Shown piece after piece: positions 56,192 through 64,000 of a stretch of DNA of 64,000 nucleotides (positions within the stretch are counted from its first letter, which is position 1; every line of letters starts with the position of its first letter). The DNA lies in IMG/VR virus record IMGVR_UViG_3300016476_000987; one strand, given 5' to 3'. The notes below the pieces were generated by a model, which saw only the letters and a program-made list of their open reading frames with translations, was not told the DNA's origin and ran no database searches. Source of the stretch: a virus (lineage: Duplodnaviria > Heunggongvirae > Uroviricota > Caudoviricetes). The position numbers and the translations under genes were made by a program.

Positions 56192-56457
56192 TGCTTTGCT
56201 TTTAGAAATTCTTGGAATAGTGTTTTACCTGAATATTCACTTAACCCAAAGTTATTTGTCCAATTTCCTGAGTTCAATTTGAGAAATTCTGCATTCCCAA
56301 GCCATTCAGCAAACTCAATAGCAATTTGTTCTGTAACTTTTTCTGATTCCATCGCAGCAGAATTAATGCCTGATAAGTATGGATATCCATTATCAGGGTA
56401 ATCTAGATAAATTGTAGAATTCATAATATCACGATGCATTTCATGTATTTTACTCAT
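56188..56457 (-). CDS. hypothetical protein
   Basis: ORF only. Confidence 0.45.
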   Translation of the reverse strand: MSKIHEMHRDIMNSTIYLDYPDNGYPYLSGINSAAMESEKVTEQIAIEFAEWLGNAEFLKLNSGNWTNNFGLSEYSGKTLFQEFLKAKQ

Positions 56458-56722
56458 TGTTTTGTTTTTCTTGTTTTATTATATTAGCTGTGTATTCGTT
56501 GAGTTGTTCTGGTGTAAATACAAATACTTCTTGTGGTTTAAGCCAATAAGCGACTTGAGCTAATATTTGATGCTCATCTTCACATTGAAATTCATCATCA
56601 TCAATTTTATAAATATTTCCTACAAGTAAATCATTTGAAATATTTATACATATAACCTCTTTTTCAGGCAATTCATCTTCTACTTTTACAGGTAAATAAA
56701 CTGTTTGTTTAGTAGGTGTCAT
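56450..56722 (-). CDS. hypothetical protein
   Basis: ORF only. Confidence 0.45.
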   Translation of the reverse strand: MTPTKQTVYLPVKVEDELPEKEVICINISNDLLVGNIYKIDDDEFQCEDEHQILAQVAYWLKPQEVFVFTPEQLNEYTANIIKQEKQNNE

Positions 56723-56970
56723 AGCTCAGAAAGTTTTTGTTCAAGTATTATTATTTGTTGTTTTATTTTATTGCCAAGTAAATCACCATTAGGTTGTTCA
56801 ATTACTTTTAATAAACCAATAGCAAATTGTAGTTTTTGTTTTTCAATCCAATTACTTGTTGCTCCTGCTATAAACCCTTCATTGAACGCTAAATATTTTT
56901 CACCCAATGGTTTACCATAATACGCATATCCATTAGCTTTTTCTGCTTCTAATTCAAGTTCTTTGTTCAT
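56719..56970 (-). CDS. hypothetical protein
   Basis: ORF only. Confidence 0.45.
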   Translation of the reverse strand: MNKELELEAEKANGYAYYGKPLGEKYLAFNEGFIAGATSNWIEKQKLQFAIGLLKVIEQPNGDLLGNKIKQQIIILEQKLSEL

Positions 56971-57286
56971 TGTTATACCAAATTAAAAATTGATTAATTG
57001 CTTCTACTACTGCTTCTTTTGCAGATTTACCTAACAGAGCTTGTACTTCTCTTTTTAAAGTAGAATGTGTTGTATCTCCTCCTTGTTTTGGATTTTGAGT
57101 TTTATTAATAGCCTCAACTACTTCCATTATCCAGTTCCAATCTGAATGGAATTTTAAATCAATAGATTCTACAAAAGAATATTGACGAAGCATGTCTTCA
57201 TTCCATCTATCTTTTTCTTCACTATATTTCCAACCTAAAAACTCAGCACATCTTTTATTATATTCAAGTGTTTCTTGTTCTGTCAT
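56954..57286 (-). CDS. hypothetical protein
   Basis: ORF only. Confidence 0.45.
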   Translation of the reverse strand: MTEQETLEYNKRCAEFLGWKYSEEKDRWNEDMLRQYSFVESIDLKFHSDWNWIMEVVEAINKTQNPKQGGDTTHSTLKREVQALLGKSAKEAVVEAINQFLIWYNNEQRT

Positions 57287-57289
57287 AAT

Positions 57290-57487
57290 TCACCTTTTAA
57301 AAAGTTTGACAAAGAATTTTAGCATATACTTTATTAGAATAAGAACCCAGAAAATACCATAAAACAACCAATCGTAAAAATTATCTATTTCAGGTATGGC
57401 ATCTTCTATGCCAAATGCAAGTGCTGTTATACCTAATACTGAAAGTGTAACTATAAAGTAAATTAATAATATTGTTTCTATTGTCAT
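57290..57487 (-). CDS. small membrane protein
   Basis: Two hydrophobic segments. Confidence 0.4.
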   Translation of the reverse strand: MTIETILLIYFIVTLSVLGITALAFGIEDAIPEIDNFYDWLFYGIFWVLILIKYMLKFFVKLFKR

Positions 57488-57490
57488 ACA

Positions 57491-58018
57491 TCAAGTTTTA
57501 AGTTTGTTTGGTTCTTCACTTGGAATGATTATTTTGTATTTTATATTTTCATGTGTGGGTATAAAATTACCTACTCTCATAAAACATCCTTTTTTACAAC
57601 TATAACCTCTTTTTACAATTTCTCCACATTCTCTACATTTTTGAGAGTAGTCTTCTTCTTTAATATCAACCTCTTTACAACTTGGATTCTTAACAAACCA
57701 TTCAAGGAATGTATCATCAATGGGTTGAACACCATCAACGATAAGTTGAAGGTCTGTTGTTAGAATTACTTTTTTCCAAAATTCATCAAATTCGTGACTG
57801 CAATTAAAAATAAGATTTTCATCTGCTTTCACAATATTTCCATTTTCATAAATTACCCAATCTCCTTCTTTAATTTCTGAATCATGAGTGATGTAGATGT
57901 GTTGGTTGATTCTACCCAAAGGAATTTCAATCCATTTGTTATTAAAACCTAAATTTCCATTAATGTCTTTAAATAAACTACTTGGTTTGTCTGTTGAAGT
58001 AACGTGTATATTTTTCAT
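57491..58018 (-). CDS. hypothetical protein with C-terminal zinc-ribbon-like Cys cluster
   Basis: CRECGEIVKRGYSCKKGC. Confidence 0.5.
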   Translation of the reverse strand: MKNIHVTSTDKPSSLFKDINGNLGFNNKWIEIPLGRINQHIYITHDSEIKEGDWVIYENGNIVKADENLIFNCSHEFDEFWKKVILTTDLQLIVDGVQPIDDTFLEWFVKNPSCKEVDIKEEDYSQKCRECGEIVKRGYSCKKGCFMRVGNFIPTHENIKYKIIIPSEEPNKLKT

Positions 58019-58296
58019 ATATCAAGTTTTAAGTTTGAGATGTATTCATTTTTATCTCCATCGTATTTATTTTCTATGTTTACATTAAAGCAAAACACGC
58101 CTCCAGCATCAAAAGCCTTTTCAATCTCAGGAATTAATGGTGTTGATTGAGATAGGATTTGTTTTAAAGAATTGATTTTACCTAAGTATAAAATGTCGTA
58201 GAAATCATCTTTTAGCTCTAGTAACCTTTCTTTTTCCAACTCTTCTATTCTTTTTTGAATAGCTGTCTTATTGACAATTATGTACTCGTTATTCAT
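58015..58296 (-). CDS. hypothetical protein
   Basis: ORF only. Confidence 0.45.
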   Translation of the reverse strand: MNNEYIIVNKTAIQKRIEELEKERLLELKDDFYDILYLGKINSLKQILSQSTPLIPEIEKAFDAGGVFCFNVNIENKYDGDKNEYISNLKLDI

Positions 58297-58639
58297 TCTC
58301 TTTATTTATTTTGTCTAAGTCTTCTAAGTCTTCCTTCAATCTTCTTAAGAAACTATCGTCTCCATCATCACCACTCAATAACCAGTCAATCCTATGAGCA
58401 TATATCTCAGCCATACGAAGTATCTTTACTGCCTCTTTGAACTTCTCAATAACTTCATTGGGGTATTCGTAATGATATAACTCGTCTGGATACTTCTCAT
58501 ACCAATCCGGTAAATTCCAAGACTCTTCTTTTAGTTCTTCGGCAGTCTTCTTCCTACCATTCTTTTCTATATGATACTCTATATCATCAGCAATGTCCCC
58601 TATCTTGTATTGGTTATAGTCAAATCTTCCTCCCGACAT
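58289..58639 (-). CDS. hypothetical acidic protein
   Basis: ORF only. Confidence 0.45.
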   Translation of the reverse strand: MSGGRFDYNQYKIGDIADDIEYHIEKNGRKKTAEELKEESWNLPDWYEKYPDELYHYEYPNEVIEKFKEAVKILRMAEIYAHRIDWLLSGDDGDDSFLRRLKEDLEDLDKINKENE

Positions 58640-58653
58640 AGCAACCTCCTTTT

Positions 58654-58938
58654 TTAGTTATTTAATAATTTAGTATAAGTTTCGTTGTAGTATTGTTCGG
58701 CATCCTCAAACGCTTTTGTTGTGCATCCGTATGTTTTATTGTTCAAACATCTGTTGTGGACATGCGACATTATTATCTGCTCCTTCTCCATTTGTTTGGA
58801 TTTTTGAACCGTCTCTCTGATTTCATCCCACCTATGTAATGGTATTTCACCTATCAATTCCGTACTTAATTTTCTTACCAACCATTCTACTGCCGTTATA
58901 GATTTATCGGAATTTCCGATTTTTTTTTGCTGTGCCAT
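58654..58938 (-). CDS. small protein, MTAVEW / QYYNxxY family member with MAQQ start
   Basis: ITAVEWLVRKL, KSKQMEKEQ, EQYYNETYTK. Confidence 0.5.
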   Translation of the reverse strand: MAQQKKIGNSDKSITAVEWLVRKLSTELIGEIPLHRWDEIRETVQKSKQMEKEQIIMSHVHNRCLNNKTYGCTTKAFEDAEQYYNETYTKLLNN

Positions 58939-58953
58939 GTGTCAAATTTTAAT

Positions 58954-59145
58954 TTAATCTAAAAGGGGACATATCCAAATTGGGCAAATAATTAGCCAAC
59001 ACATAAACCTTTCTTGCAGGCTAACGGCTAAATTATCTTGACCAATTTCTCTGCAATCTTTTTTCCAAATAAAATAGAATGGGATAAAAAAAACAAATTG
59101 CAATGATATACATATTATATATGCTACTATTGTTTGCTGTGCCAT
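58954..59145 (-). CDS. small membrane protein with MAQQ start
   Basis: Hydrophobic; conserved start motif. Confidence 0.4.
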   Translation of the reverse strand: MAQQTIVAYIICISLQFVFFIPFYFIWKKDCREIGQDNLAVSLQERFMCWLIICPIWICPLLD

Positions 59146-59146
59146 G

Positions 59147-59386
59147 TTATTTGTTTAATATTTGATCTCTCATCCATTTAGCACCGTATAAAAAAGATAC
59201 TCTTTCCTTAGGCCAGTCTGAAAATCCAAAAGATTTTTCTTCTATCTCCTCATCACTTGGTAGTTTAACTGGTCTAACATATTCATCGATGTATTCCATA
59301 ATATGTTTAGCATCAATCATAGACACCTCGCATCTCTCCGCTGCATGTAAAAACATTTCTTTTGTGTATAGTTTTTGCTGTGCCAT
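59147..59386 (-). CDS. hypothetical protein with MAQQ start
   Basis: Conserved start motif. Confidence 0.45.
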   Translation of the reverse strand: MAQQKLYTKEMFLHAAERCEVSMIDAKHIMEYIDEYVRPVKLPSDEEIEEKSFGFSDWPKERVSFLYGAKWMRDQILNK

Positions 59387-59393
59387 GTGTTAT

Positions 59394-59606
59394 TTAATTT
59401 ATTGGTTCGTCAGGAAGTGTTGTCCAATGGGTTACATCATCTAAAAAATTTTCAGATGATTCACTATAAAATCCTTTAACATCATCGTAATATTCAGCCA
59501 CTAACCAACGACTGTTTTTTGGAAAACTTTTTGGTGCGTAAACTAAAAAACTTCCATGTTCAACGTTTGGTAATTTTTCTTTCACACTAAATATTTGTTG
59601 TGCCAT
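59394..59606 (-). CDS. hypothetical protein with MAQQ start
   Basis: Conserved start motif. Confidence 0.45.
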   Translation of the reverse strand: MAQQIFSVKEKLPNVEHGSFLVYAPKSFPKNSRWLVAEYYDDVKGFYSESSENFLDDVTHWTTLPDEPIN

Positions 59607-59609
59607 GTG

Positions 59610-59837
59610 TTACAATATTTCTATCTCTTGTTTAACTTGTCTCCAATAATCAATCAAATCCAATAGTATATTACCTCTCACATCCACATCTCTAATATCC
59701 ATACTTAGAGTGTTAATTATCTCATCCACAGCTATTAATGCATAATTTTTAGTTCTGTCAACATACCATTGACTTCCTGCAATTTGATACTTATCAAATA
59801 ACTCTTTTGCTTTTTCTTTAGGTGTTTGCTGTGCCAT
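59610..59837 (-). CDS. small protein with MAQQ start, paralog of 53883..54116
   Basis: See paralog. Confidence 0.5.
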   Translation of the reverse strand: MAQQTPKEKAKELFDKYQIAGSQWYVDRTKNYALIAVDEIINTLSMDIRDVDVRGNILLDLIDYWRQVKQEIEIL

Positions 59838-59903
59838 ATGTTTGTTTTTATCGCCTATTCATGGAATAATTTACAATTATCGCCTTAGAATATTACAGGT
59901 ATA

Positions 59904-59939
59904 AAACCGGACTCCATATAAAGTTATGAAGTCCGGTTT
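59904..59939 (-). terminator. rho-independent terminator for minus-strand gene 59953..60936 (AAACCGGACT / AGTCCGGTTT 10-bp stem, U-run on minus strand)
   Basis: Perfect 10-bp inverted repeat, 16-nt loop, followed on the minus strand by TTTTAT. Confidence 0.6.
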
Positions 59940-59952
59940 AAATTATAAAATC

Positions 59953-60936
59953 TTACTTAACCATTTCCAAAGCAAGATCAAAGGCTTTGCTGATCTTAGC
60001 AGCAGCCGTACCATAGTTAAGGTCTTTCATCCTCTGCTCAGCATTCTTATAGTCTTTGATGTGAGTATAATATCCGGAGATAGAATTATAAGCTCCCCAC
60101 AAAGTCTTATAAGCCGCCTCTGTTCTCTGAGTAGAATGAGTCATTGCAAAGTCAAAGACGGTGTCTGTAGTATTCTTAAGCTTAGTAGACAGCTCTTTAG
60201 CCTCAGCGCTTACAACTTCTCTTTCAACTTTCATGGCATTAGTAATAAACTCTTTGAACTCAAAGTCAGACAGTCTCTTCTGACTCATTCGATCAAAGAT
60301 AGTATTCACCTCTGTCATATACTTAGAAGCGATTCCCATGACCCTAGAAGCCTCTTTTAGCTTGCTTTCAGCAGATGCTGTGTGAGAGATGCTGACCTTA
60401 TTATCAAGGCCCTTAAGAGCTGCCTGGAGGGTGTTATTACACACTACTCGAATGGATGTAAACCCTGCAATAATAGTGGTAGATCCATCGTGAGAGTTAG
60501 TAAGAATAATATACTTCTCTACCTTTTCCCCATGGACCAACATATCTTCCGGAAGTTTGGCAGTAACGAAGATCTTCTCTCCGAGTCCCAAAGCACCGGC
60601 AGTCTCGAAGATAGCCTCACCCTGATCAATGATAGAGTCAAAGAAACCAAAAGCATCTTGATTCTGTACGATAGTGTACCTACCTTTAACAATTCCGAGA
60701 GGACTTCCGGTATCAGTCCTAACAGTAGAGAAGTGACCAGGAACCTCAACCAATCCTTTAGAAGGATCGTTTACATACAGAGGTCTTTTCTCTACTCTAT
60801 AGTCAAGACCACCGAGTCGGATAGCCTCCTCAGCTGTCATTGCTTTGTCAACATACTGGCCAAGACCATGCCATGCTTTTTCTCCTTTAGCTACGAAAGA
60901 CCATTTGTCGTTTGAGAAATTCAGATTGTGAGCCAT
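59953..60936 (-). CDS. DUF932-like phage/plasmid protein (tentative family assignment)
   Basis: N-terminal KAWHGLGQYV region resembles the phage/plasmid-like protein family; 327 aa. Confidence 0.5.
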   Translation of the reverse strand: MAHNLNFSNDKWSFVAKGEKAWHGLGQYVDKAMTAEEAIRLGGLDYRVEKRPLYVNDPSKGLVEVPGHFSTVRTDTGSPLGIVKGRYTIVQNQDAFGFFDSIIDQGEAIFETAGALGLGEKIFVTAKLPEDMLVHGEKVEKYIILTNSHDGSTTIIAGFTSIRVVCNNTLQAALKGLDNKVSISHTASAESKLKEASRVMGIASKYMTEVNTIFDRMSQKRLSDFEFKEFITNAMKVEREVVSAEAKELSTKLKNTTDTVFDFAMTHSTQRTEAAYKTLWGAYNSISGYYTHIKDYKNAEQRMKDLNYGTAAAKISKAFDLALEMVK

Positions 60937-60962
60937 AACTGTTTGATTTTAAATGTTGTTTT

Positions 60963-61226
60963 TTATTTTTTACTAGGCAATGCTTCAATATCAGCTAACG
61001 TCTTTTCTACATCTTTTGTACTCAGATACCCTAGTACATCACTAGTAACAGGAGTATCATATGTTATATTGCCTCCATCAAGTACAGCAATCTCATACAA
61101 TCCTTCTGGGCCTCCATAACTAAATGGGTGGCATATAATGGAAGCTCCATATCCATTAGGAAATACTACGATTGCTTGCACTCCTCCATGCCGCTCAAGC
61201 TTAAATACTAAATCATCAAATTTCAT
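60963..61226 (-). CDS. hypothetical protein
   Basis: ORF only. Confidence 0.45.
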   Translation of the reverse strand: MKFDDLVFKLERHGGVQAIVVFPNGYGASIICHPFSYGGPEGLYEIAVLDGGNITYDTPVTSDVLGYLSTKDVEKTLADIEALPSKK

Positions 61227-61255
61227 ATCTCTTATTTTTACAAATATATGAATTA

Positions 61256-61969
61256 TTATTTCTTTTTAGAGTATCCTCTGATACCTTTTTTTCTAAGATT
61301 TGATAGAGCTTGGGAGGCTTCTGACCCGCTCTTCTGTGTGCCATGAATAAGGAGAGCAAAGCTTTCTCCTTTATTATAGGCATAACTGTCATCGTGATCA
61401 ATCTCCAACTGTAGGTTTGTAGCTTCTTCTTCGGTGAAGACGACCCTAGCATTCTTTAAGTTATTGAGAGTCACTACTTTATCTCCTGCTCCTCCCATTG
61501 AAGCAGTCAATTCAAAATTACCTGGGATAGAATCCTTTCTAGCCAGCCAGTAGTTTACGCTTTTCGTATAGGCATAAAATTTAATATGTTTAAAATTCGT
61601 TGCTACCTCCATCCAAGCATCAAAGTAATCTTGATTAAAGAAGTCCCCTGATACATGCACTCTAACTATCTGTGCTTTCTTAGGAAGGCTTTCCATAATC
61701 AAGTTACGCATACCTTCCTTTGTTTTCCTGGCCCGTAACAGATCGTAATTCTTCCACCTGGATGCTCTAGTGGAAGCATACAACGCTTCTGCTGAGGCTG
61801 AGAAACACCTGAACTTTTGGAATCTACCGTCTGTTATCTTACCGGTATGTCGATCTGCTGATGCTTGACACTCGTAAGCAAAGGGACAACTGTGTCCTGC
61901 CGGTAAAGAGAAGGTAAGAATCTTCTTCTCTAGCTTAGCGTTTCCTTTCTGGAATCTTAGTTTTTCCAT
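61256..61969 (-). CDS. conserved phage protein with HxCP...C...C cysteine motif (possibly gp88-like)
   Basis: LPAGHSCPFAYECQ ... FRCF motif. Confidence 0.5.
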   Translation of the reverse strand: MEKLRFQKGNAKLEKKILTFSLPAGHSCPFAYECQASADRHTGKITDGRFQKFRCFSASAEALYASTRASRWKNYDLLRARKTKEGMRNLIMESLPKKAQIVRVHVSGDFFNQDYFDAWMEVATNFKHIKFYAYTKSVNYWLARKDSIPGNFELTASMGGAGDKVVTLNNLKNARVVFTEEEATNLQLEIDHDDSYAYNKGESFALLIHGTQKSGSEASQALSNLRKKGIRGYSKKK

Positions 61970-62012
61970 CTATTTGTTTTTACTTGTTTACCAATGTGGA
62001 AGCTCAAGTGTG

Positions 62013-62180
62013 TTAGCTAAAATACACTTCGTAAACGGACACATACTCAAAGTTAATACCCGGGTAGATGTTTACTCGCTTACAACCTATAGGTCTAGTC
62101 CCGTATTTTTTCTCAGCGGTATCAAATACTTGATCGTTTGTGTACTCATTGTTCCGGGAAATCATTGTTACATAATTCAT
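62013..62180 (-). CDS. possible small protein (55 aa) filling a gap in the minus-strand array
   Basis: ATG-initiated ORF below the 60-aa track cutoff. Confidence 0.25.
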   Translation of the reverse strand: MNYVTMISRNNEYTNDQVFDTAEKKYGTRPIGCKRVNIYPGINFEYVSVYEVYFS

Positions 62181-62194
62181 AATCTTGATTTTTA

Positions 62195-62488
62195 TTATTC
62201 TACTTCATCTGTATTGTATCCCCACTCTTTCAATTTACTGATAACAGGATCAGGTAAACTAAATACACCGTCATACCCTGTGATACTTTTACCTTCTATT
62301 TGTAATGACCCCTCAGCATACCATTCATTACCGTCTGATTTGAGATCATAAAACTCAAACCATCCATAATCTTCACTCTTGATACCTACTGTAATCTCTA
62401 ACTGAACACTCTCTTCTGAGTCAATTACCCCAAAGGAATTCTCAAGGGTTAAATTCTGTACTGCTGTAAATGTCTCTTGCTTAATCAT
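62195..62488 (-). CDS. hypothetical acidic protein
   Basis: ORF only. Confidence 0.45.
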   Translation of the reverse strand: MIKQETFTAVQNLTLENSFGVIDSEESVQLEITVGIKSEDYGWFEFYDLKSDGNEWYAEGSLQIEGKSITGYDGVFSLPDPVISKLKEWGYNTDEVE

Positions 62489-62497
62489 AGCTATTGT

Positions 62498-62716
62498 TTA
62501 TAATTGATTGATTAGTTCTATTATCTCTTCCGGTGTCTCTTTAACATCAAACCCTCCATTATTGTGGGTCACTACTCCTACGGTTGTATAAGTTATTGAG
62601 TTGTTACTATAATAGGATGTCTGCTCAGTAGTTCTATACATGTGCCCTATGTGATCTATGTTAATGTAGATAGCTCTATCTGCTGATCTAAGACTCGTAA
62701 GCTTGATTAGTTTCAT
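62498..62716 (-). CDS. hypothetical protein
   Basis: ORF only. Confidence 0.45.
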   Translation of the reverse strand: MKLIKLTSLRSADRAIYINIDHIGHMYRTTEQTSYYSNNSITYTTVGVVTHNNGGFDVKETPEEIIELINQL

Positions 62717-62940
62717 AATTTATTATTAAAGTATATGTAAGAAATCCAGTATTGTTCTAAATCAATTTCTTGATCATTACAACTATCCATGAAGGTATGC
62801 AAGTCCATCAGAACAGCTTTCCTATCTAACAAAGCTCTTATCTTATCCTGATTACATTGCATACCTTCGATAGTCTCTGCATCCTTCCTCCTATCAAAGT
62901 CATTAATGTTTAGGAGAGCAACTATCAGATTGTTTTCCAT
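62713..62940 (-). CDS. hypothetical protein
   Basis: ORF only. Confidence 0.45.
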   Translation of the reverse strand: MENNLIVALLNINDFDRRKDAETIEGMQCNQDKIRALLDRKAVLMDLHTFMDSCNDQEIDLEQYWISYIYFNNKL

Positions 62941-62996
62941 AAAACGGCTTTTTTGTTTTGAGATAAAAAATGGAAATTGAATTGATTTTTTGGGAT

Positions 62997-63434
62997 TTAA
63001 GACGAGGGTAGACGAGGGGAAACAGAGAACGGTACATCCGGATATCTCTTCTTAAACTTATGAATGAACTCTTCTATAGGCTCATTCTTAGGAAAGTATA
63101 TGGTAACAGTCTTAGATTCCGGTCCGTAATATCCATCTAGCCTTCTATTGATGTTATCATAGGCTTTAGTGATATAGTCATCATTAATAGATAGAAAGTC
63201 CTTTACACTCTTTACAGAATGTATAACTGTAGTGTGGTGCATCTTTCTACCTCCGGTGCTCATGATAGCAGCAATACTTTCATAACTAAGTTTGAGTCTT
63301 TCTTTTAATACCATGTGAGACATCTGCCTAGATATCACAATACGGTGCTCTCTCTTTTTAGAATAGAAGTCCTCTAAAGAAACATTAAATTCTTTACAGC
63401 ATTCTAATACTACATCTGTTACCGTAATAGTCAT
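62997..63434 (-). CDS. DNA-binding protein with DnaA C-terminal (domain IV)-like HTH
   Basis: GGRKMHHTTVIHSVKSV resembles DnaA domain IV (DHTTVLHA.KKI). Confidence 0.5.
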   Translation of the reverse strand: MTITVTDVVLECCKEFNVSLEDFYSKKREHRIVISRQMSHMVLKERLKLSYESIAAIMSTGGRKMHHTTVIHSVKSVKDFLSINDDYITKAYDNINRRLDGYYGPESKTVTIYFPKNEPIEEFIHKFKKRYPDVPFSVSPRLPSS

Positions 63435-63439
63435 AAATT

Positions 63440-63790
63440 TTAATTTATTAAGTCCTTGTGATATTTAATAATAGTGGCTGTGTGATCATCTACATCCCCT
63501 CTCCATTGGTCTACCATTAAAGTAGAATCAGATTTCATATACTCTTTGGCCTCTTCTAAAGTATCAAACGTAGCCACAGTCGTAGTACTTCCATCCTCTA
63601 GAGTAGTGAATACCTCAAACCAATCTTTGTCTTCGTCTATTACCTCATAATAATCTGTATCTAAAAAATCCATTGGCTCTGATGAGTATGGAATATTACT
63701 TACTTTTAATAGAGCATCTGTTTCGCTACTTGCTTCTACTGTTATTAATTGAAGAAAGAGCACCTGTCTGCTAACTAAATACTTTTTCAT
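63440..63790 (-). CDS. hypothetical acidic protein with signal-like N-terminus
   Basis: ORF only. Confidence 0.45.
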   Translation of the reverse strand: MKKYLVSRQVLFLQLITVEASSETDALLKVSNIPYSSEPMDFLDTDYYEVIDEDKDWFEVFTTLEDGSTTTVATFDTLEEAKEYMKSDSTLMVDQWRGDVDDHTATIIKYHKDLIN

Positions 63791-63807
63791 AATCTTAATT
63801 TTTGTTA

Positions 63808-64000
63808 TTATCTTTTATAAAATTCCCAACTATCCCATATGAAGTAAGGAGTCAAGGGAGGCCCTGCCGGGAATCTATACCTAGGAAAGTCCCCATAGCT
63901 AAAGCTAGCTATCCAAATATCTTCAATCAAACAATCGTCTTCTTCTGCATAAAATACATAACTTTTAAACATACTACAGTGTTCTTGCATTTTGTAGTAG
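63808..64000 (-). CDS. hypothetical protein, possibly extending beyond window end
   Basis: ORF reaching near the window edge. Confidence 0.3.
   Translation of the reverse strand, partial: YYKMQEHCSMFKSYVFYAEEDDCLIEDIWIASFSYGDFPRYRFPAGPPLTPYFIWDSWEFYKR

Larger units (their letters stand above)
58926..59844 (-). repeat. five copies of a ~19-nt motif (coding strand TAACACATGGCACAGCAAA) spanning the start codons of five consecutive genes (starts at 58938, 59145, 59386, 59606, 59837)
   Basis: + strand TTTGCTGTGCCATGTG(T) read at each site; one copy has CATATG, one has TTGTTGTG. Confidence 0.8.

Noticed and set aside
58926-59844. Regularly spaced (~210-240 bp) repeats that might suggest a CRISPR array
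   Set aside because: Each repeat overlaps the ATG of a protein-coding gene and the intervening segments are well-formed ORFs. Repeat length and spacing do not fit CRISPR.
1-64000. Stop-codon reassignment (suppressor tRNAs with recoded late genes), as seen in some Bacteroidetes phages
   Set aside because: ORFs on both strands tile the sequence tightly under the standard code, with no genes broken by recurrent in-frame TAG or TGA. None of the tRNAs I could fold has a CTA, TCA or TTA anticodon.

Overview
The window reads as a contiguous stretch of a virulent, AT-rich dsDNA phage genome. No integrase or host housekeeping genes are present. Candidate Bacteroidetes-type promoter -7 elements (TAnnTTTG) and Bacteroidetes-style lipoprotein and secretion signals point to a Bacteroidetes host.

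Layout of the window:

1. 1-19.3 kb, + strand: DNA replication and nucleotide metabolism module.
 - Genes: a divergent PolA-like polymerase domain protein, gp32-like SSB, UvsX/RecA-like recombinase, FEN/RNase H 5'-3' exonuclease, DnaB/gp41-like helicase, ribonucleotide reductase large subunit with a translationally coupled small Cys-rich ORF, SAM methyltransferase, dUTPase, a full-length family A DNA polymerase with 3'-5' exonuclease, a free-standing GIY-YIG homing endonuclease, a GroES/GroEL chaperonin pair, and a Cas4/RecB-like Fe-S nuclease.

2. 19.6-28.7 kb, + strand: a roughly 9-kb glycan biosynthesis island.
 - Genes: GDP-mannose 4,6-dehydratase, about six GT-B (GT4-like) glycosyltransferases, one GT2, one GT17-like, and an FkbM methyltransferase.

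3. 31.3-36.0 kb: a tRNA/ncRNA island.
 - Four canonical tRNAs: Leu-TAG, Leu-TAA, Met-CAT, Arg-TCT.
 - A family of six oversized (87-122 nt) tRNA-like elements. All share the same acceptor stem (AGTCAGG/CCTGACT) and canonical D and T arms, but each has an expanded central region. Degenerate copies, small ORFs and a lipoprotein gene are interspersed.

4. 36.1-50.2 kb, + strand: small genes, including a lambda-type Ser/Thr phosphatase, tandem paralogs, a thymidylate synthase with large insertions, a convergent holin-like / REC-domain / NlpC-P60 module, an AAA+ ATPase, a dNMP kinase and a second metallophosphoesterase.

5. 50.2-64.0 kb, - strand: a densely packed array of about 40 small ORFs that looks like an early region.
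 - It contains two HNH endonucleases and several paralog families.
 - Five consecutive genes share a conserved ~19-nt motif across their start codons, giving identical MAQQ N-termini.
 - A DUF932-like protein, a Cys-motif protein, a DnaA-C-like HTH protein and a clear rho-independent terminator complete the region.

Most functional calls rest on conserved sequence motifs that I recognised by eye. No database search could be run.
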